From: a virus
Taxonomy: Duplodnaviria > Caudoviricetes
Virus record (IMG/VR): IMGVR_UViG_3300005323_000091
Location: 1 to 27,407 of that record
DNA: 27,407 nucleotides
Direction: 5' to 3' (one strand)
The translations under genes and the position numbers were made by a program. Positions 23,918-27,407 of the stretch are shown here, piece after piece. The notes below the pieces were generated by a model. The model worked only from the letters and a program-made list of their open reading frames with translations, was not told the DNA's origin and did no database searches. The first letter of the stretch is position 1. Each line of letters opens with the position of its first letter.

Positions 23918-25382
23918 AAGCCTTCTAATAAAGAAAAAGGACAAGGGACTAAAAGACCTGCTTTTCTTCAACAAATACATCTTAGAAACGGACGTAAGAA
24001 GACAGGGGCTTTTAGTTGACCACGTTCACGGTGAGTGGGCGAGGTGGTATAGAAATTCCACTAAACGAATTAAGATGGTTCTTGTTCCCCGTTCGACTTT
24101 TAAATCCACGTTCTTTACTGTGGGGCGTTCAATCCAAGCAATTTGTCAAAATAGAAACGAGAGAATTTTAATCGCCAACGCTACGCTTGGAAATGCCCAG
24201 AAATTCCTCGGAGAGGTAAAAGACCAATTCAGACGAAACGACCTGTTAAAGAAGCTATACGGGGAGTTCTACGACCCCAAATCAAGGTGGAATGAAGATG
24301 AAATAGATGTCATAGGAAAGGGGCTGGGAAGCAAAGAGGCCAATATTACAGCCGTGGGAGTAGGCGGGAATCTGGTTTCTCAGCACTATTCGAGGATAAT
24401 CTGCGACGACTTAGTCAATAACGAGAACTCTGCTACCCGTTTTCAAGCAGATAAGGTGATAGATTGGTGGAAAAAAGCCTTTTCTTTGCTAGATTATGAT
24501 GGGGAAATGCTCATTATCGGCACCCGTTGGTCGTATTACGAGCTTTATTCGTGGATTCAGGAGAAATTCGGGGAAGAAATCGATGTTTACATCCGAGGAG
24601 CGTACAAAGATGACGGGAAATTGTACTTTCCAGAGCTTTTAAGTGAGGAAAAACTCACAGAACTCAAAGGGCTCCAAGGTTCCTACATATTTTCGAGCTT
24701 TTATTTGAACAATCCGGTCGACGAAGCTTCCGCCCTCATCAAAAAGAGCCAAATTAAGTACTGGGGGGAGGGGGATGCCAAGCTTCCCGTTAATTTAAAC
24801 GTCTTTGCGGTCTGCGACCCCGCCGTAAGTCAGGCAGAGACGGCAGATGAGTCCTCAATCGTGGTCGTGGGGGTCGACACAGATAATAATTGGTGGGTTT
24901 TAGAGGTAAGAAGCGGACAATGGACTACTTTTGAGCTTATAGAACAGCTTTTTGCGGTTCACGCCCAGTGGAAACCTATCACAATGACCCTCGAAGTGAT
25001 AGGACAGGCACAGGGGATAATGCTCCCAATCCACGACGAAGAAGATAGAAGGAAAATCTACCTACCATTAATGGAAATCACCTCCAGACCCCAAGTTAGA
25101 AAGGAAATCAGAATCCGTTCGGTTCTACAACCCCGCTTTGAAAGAGGGAAGGTCTTTATTAAAAGAGATATGTTCGATTTAGAAGAGCAAATCATCCATT
25201 TCCCACGAAGTAAGAGAGACGATATGATTGATGCCCTCACAGATGTTGAGGATATAGCCTATTCGGCCGAGACCCCAGACCAACCTTATAAGGAATCAGG
25301 AAGTCACCTACAGGATATTTTAAATAAACAGAGTCTAAACCTTGACAGGTTCACAGACCCTTTCCTTGGTGACGAATATTAA
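23889..25382 (+). CDS. terL: Terminase large subunit
   Basis: Walker A PRSTFKST, Walker B IICDD, IIGTRW coupling motif, nuclease VCDPA and RDDMIDAL. Confidence 0.93.
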   Translation: MTSSKEELYRSLLIKKKDKGLKDLLFFNKYILETDVRRQGLLVDHVHGEWARWYRNSTKRIKMVLVPRSTFKSTFFTVGRSIQAICQNRNERILIANATLGNAQKFLGEVKDQFRRNDLLKKLYGEFYDPKSRWNEDEIDVIGKGLGSKEANITAVGVGGNLVSQHYSRIICDDLVNNENSATRFQADKVIDWWKKAFSLLDYDGEMLIIGTRWSYYELYSWIQEKFGEEIDVYIRGAYKDDGKLYFPELLSEEKLTELKGLQGSYIFSSFYLNNPVDEASALIKKSQIKYWGEGDAKLPVNLNVFAVCDPAVSQAETADESSIVVVGVDTDNNWWVLEVRSGQWTTFELIEQLFAVHAQWKPITMTLEVIGQAQGIMLPIHDEEDRRKIYLPLMEITSRPQVRKEIRIRSVLQPRFERGKVFIKRDMFDLEEQIIHFPRSKRDDMIDALTDVEDIAYSAETPDQPYKESGSHLQDILNKQSLNLDRFTDPFLGDEY

Positions 25383-25383
25383 G

Positions 25384-25389
25384 TATAAT
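25384..25389 (+). promoter_or_regulatory. -10 box 8 nt before ATG
   Basis: TATAAT-aacagtat-ATG(25398). Confidence 0.45.
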
Positions 25390-25397
25390 AACAGTAT

Positions 25398-25616
25398 ATG
25401 GATATATTTCTATTTGCGACAATCGTCTTACAACTTGGCTATCTAGTTTACTCGGACATACAAAACAGGAAGGAAAGAAAGTTCCTACAAATGAACCTAA
25501 ACGATTTCGAGGACTTTGATGAGCCTTTCGAGGACTCGCCTAAAGAAGAGGAAGACCCCTATGTAAGTATGGAAGAGGCAGGAATAGAGCGGGTTATAAA
25601 GGCTAAAGAAAAATGA
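25398..25616 (+). CDS. Small N-terminally anchored acidic membrane protein
   Basis: 72 aa; TM helix then D/E-rich tail; ATGA-coupled to portal. Confidence 0.6.
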   Translation: MDIFLFATIVLQLGYLVYSDIQNRKERKFLQMNLNDFEDFDEPFEDSPKEEEDPYVSMEEAGIERVIKAKEK

Positions 25617-27318
25617 TAACTATCGAAAACCGCCCTTGGGACAAATTAGACGACAAAGAGAAGATTGCTTATTGCGAATCCCTTTTAAACGATGTCAAAA
25701 AATCCCGCGAACCCTATGATTTAGAGTGGTATCAGAACTACCAGTTTGAAAACGGACAGCACTATATGGCTGTCAATACAGTCACAGGTTCGCTCGAAGC
25801 CAATCCCCCGAAGCGCAGGGGAGAGGTTAGGATGGTTATAAATAAAATCCGCTCAACAAAAAGAGCAATTCAAAACTATGTTACAAGAACCCAACCCAAA
25901 GCTGAGGTAATCCCGGGCGACATCGACGCTGACACAATTTCCAACGCCAGAAGACTCGGCAAAACAATGGACTTTCTGTATAGAAAACTGCATTTGGAAC
26001 AGATGGTTTCAGGAGTCGTAGATACAGGGCTTTCCAACTCAGTCGGAATTGTTGAGGTCGATTGGGACCCAGAAGCCGAAGGTGGTGTTGGAGAACTCCG
26101 AGTAAGACAGCACGACCCATTTGATGTTTACTTTGATAAAAGAGCCAGACTTTACGCAGGAAGACTCGTAGGAAGATTTGTCGCCAAGACTCCTGTAAGG
26201 TCGGTAGACGAGGTTAAAGCAGACAAAAGATATGATGAAAAAACCAGAAAAGAAGTCAAGCCCGATGAAGAAATGGCGACATCAAGGCTTAAAGCCAAAA
26301 TCCTAACTAAAGAGATGGGCTCAAACGAAGATAAGGCTATTCCTACCGTAACGGTAAAAGAGTTCCACCTTTGGGACGATGAAAAGAACTCAAAGAAAGG
26401 TCACATCAAGGTTTTCACCTATGCTGGAGACCAAGTTCTACTCGAAGAAGACTCACCAGATAAGGAATTTCCAATCTATTTTTACCAGATATCTATGAAC
26501 CCCCTGAAAGTCTATCAAAGAGCGTGGGTTACTGACGCTATTCCTTTGAACAAGGCGATAGACAGGTCGGTTTCACAAAAGATAATGTATATGAATCAGG
26601 CTCTCGTATTCCGCCTGATTGCTGAAAAAGGTCACGGAGCGGGAATGGTTACAAACGAAATGGGTGAAGTCCTAGAAATCAATAAAGGTCGCACCTTCCA
26701 GCAGATGGTAATGAACCCAATGCCCTCTGGATACGACTCTGTTACAAACGAACTTAATAATTACATTGAAGACACTCTCGGTGCTCACGATGCCGCCCTA
26801 GGTAGGATGCCCACAGGCGCTCGTTCTGGAGACACTTTAGAGGCAATTCAGGCTGCGGATGCGAACAATCTAACAGGACTTACACAGTCCCTAGAGTCGT
26901 TCCTATCGGTAATCTTTGAAAGAATGCTCGATATTATCGCCAAGAAGTACCAAGTCTCAAGAATTATAAAACTTGCCGAACCCGAAGAAGGTCAGGAATA
27001 TATGAAAGTAATAGGACAGGGAGCAAAGCAGCGACCAGAGGGGGCGACAATAATTACGGAAGATAACGAGGTTATTGTAAAGATAGGCTCTTGGCTCGGT
27101 CACACACTTGAGGCGAAAAGAGAGACAATGATGAAACTAGCCGAGATGGGAGTCCTTCCTGCTGAGGAAGTTTTAAGACAGTTCGAGTTTCCTAATGTTG
27201 AAGAACTCTCTGCGAAGGCAAGAGACCAAAGACTTGAACAAGGACAGATGGATTTAGCAATCGCAGGACACGCCGAAGGACAGGGTGGACAACAGCAACC
27301 TCAAGGACCGGATATGGC
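25613..27318 (+). CDS. Portal protein, P22-like, 3' end truncated (absent from ORF track)
   Basis: Open frame from ATG 25613: MITIENRPWDKL..ENGQHY..VINKIRS..HDPFDVYFD..IPLNKAID..ALGRMPTGARSG..QQQPQGPDMA; follows terL; no stop before the poly-G run. Confidence 0.85.
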
Positions 27319-27407
27319 GGGGGGGGGGGGGAAAAGGAAAAAGAAAAAAGGGCGGGGGGAGGGCCTCCCCCCCACACACGGGGCGGACATCACCGCCCCC
27401 ACCGGAC
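27319..27407. other. Low-complexity contig end, probable sequencing artefact
   Basis: G13 run followed by A, G and C homopolymer blocks at the window end. Confidence 0.7.

Noticed and set aside
1-27407. CRISPR array, tRNA, rRNA, reverse transcriptase/DGR, integrase or transposase
   Set aside because: No regularly spaced repeats, no intergenic cloverleaf found by eye, and no RT or recombinase motifs in the ORFs. A tRNAscan/Infernal run would be needed to be certain.
1-27407. Stop-codon reassignment
   Set aside because: TAA, TAG and TGA all end tightly packed genes with ATGA overlaps, and marker genes are full length in code 11.
27192-27407. 61-aa minus-strand ORF and G-rich repeat or G-quadruplex
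   Set aside because: Antisense to the portal and built from the homopolymeric contig end, probably an artefact.

Overview
Part of a tailed dsDNA phage genome with podovirus/P22-like virion architecture, standard genetic code. + strand 10-7516: adaptor, tail nozzle and three internal (ejected) virion proteins; the largest carries an embedded ADP-ribosyltransferase-like domain and an LPD38-like end. 7547-9285: lysis module (membrane proteins, amidase, holin). 9331-11428: HNH/metallophosphoesterase accessory block. 11600-12137: non-coding convergence zone with three DnaA boxes and several structured-RNA-like elements. - strand 12138-20481: early operon (NinG, NUMOD1, PD-(D/E)XK nuclease, HNH, YopX, Tad2/DUF2829-like, Zn-ribbon, HTH, membrane-anchored lytic transglycosylase, many small orphans). 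20482-21197: divergent control region. + strand 21198-end: two Phd/YefM-like proteins, NAD-dependent epimerase, small and large terminase, and a portal gene missing from the ORF track that runs into a probable poly-G artefact. I see no polymerase, primase, helicase, initiator or integrase. Many genes have a -10 hexamer 6-9 nt before ATG (leaderless pattern), which may point to a Patescibacteria/CPR-like host (inference only). All product calls come from reading motifs by eye; no database search or folding program was run.
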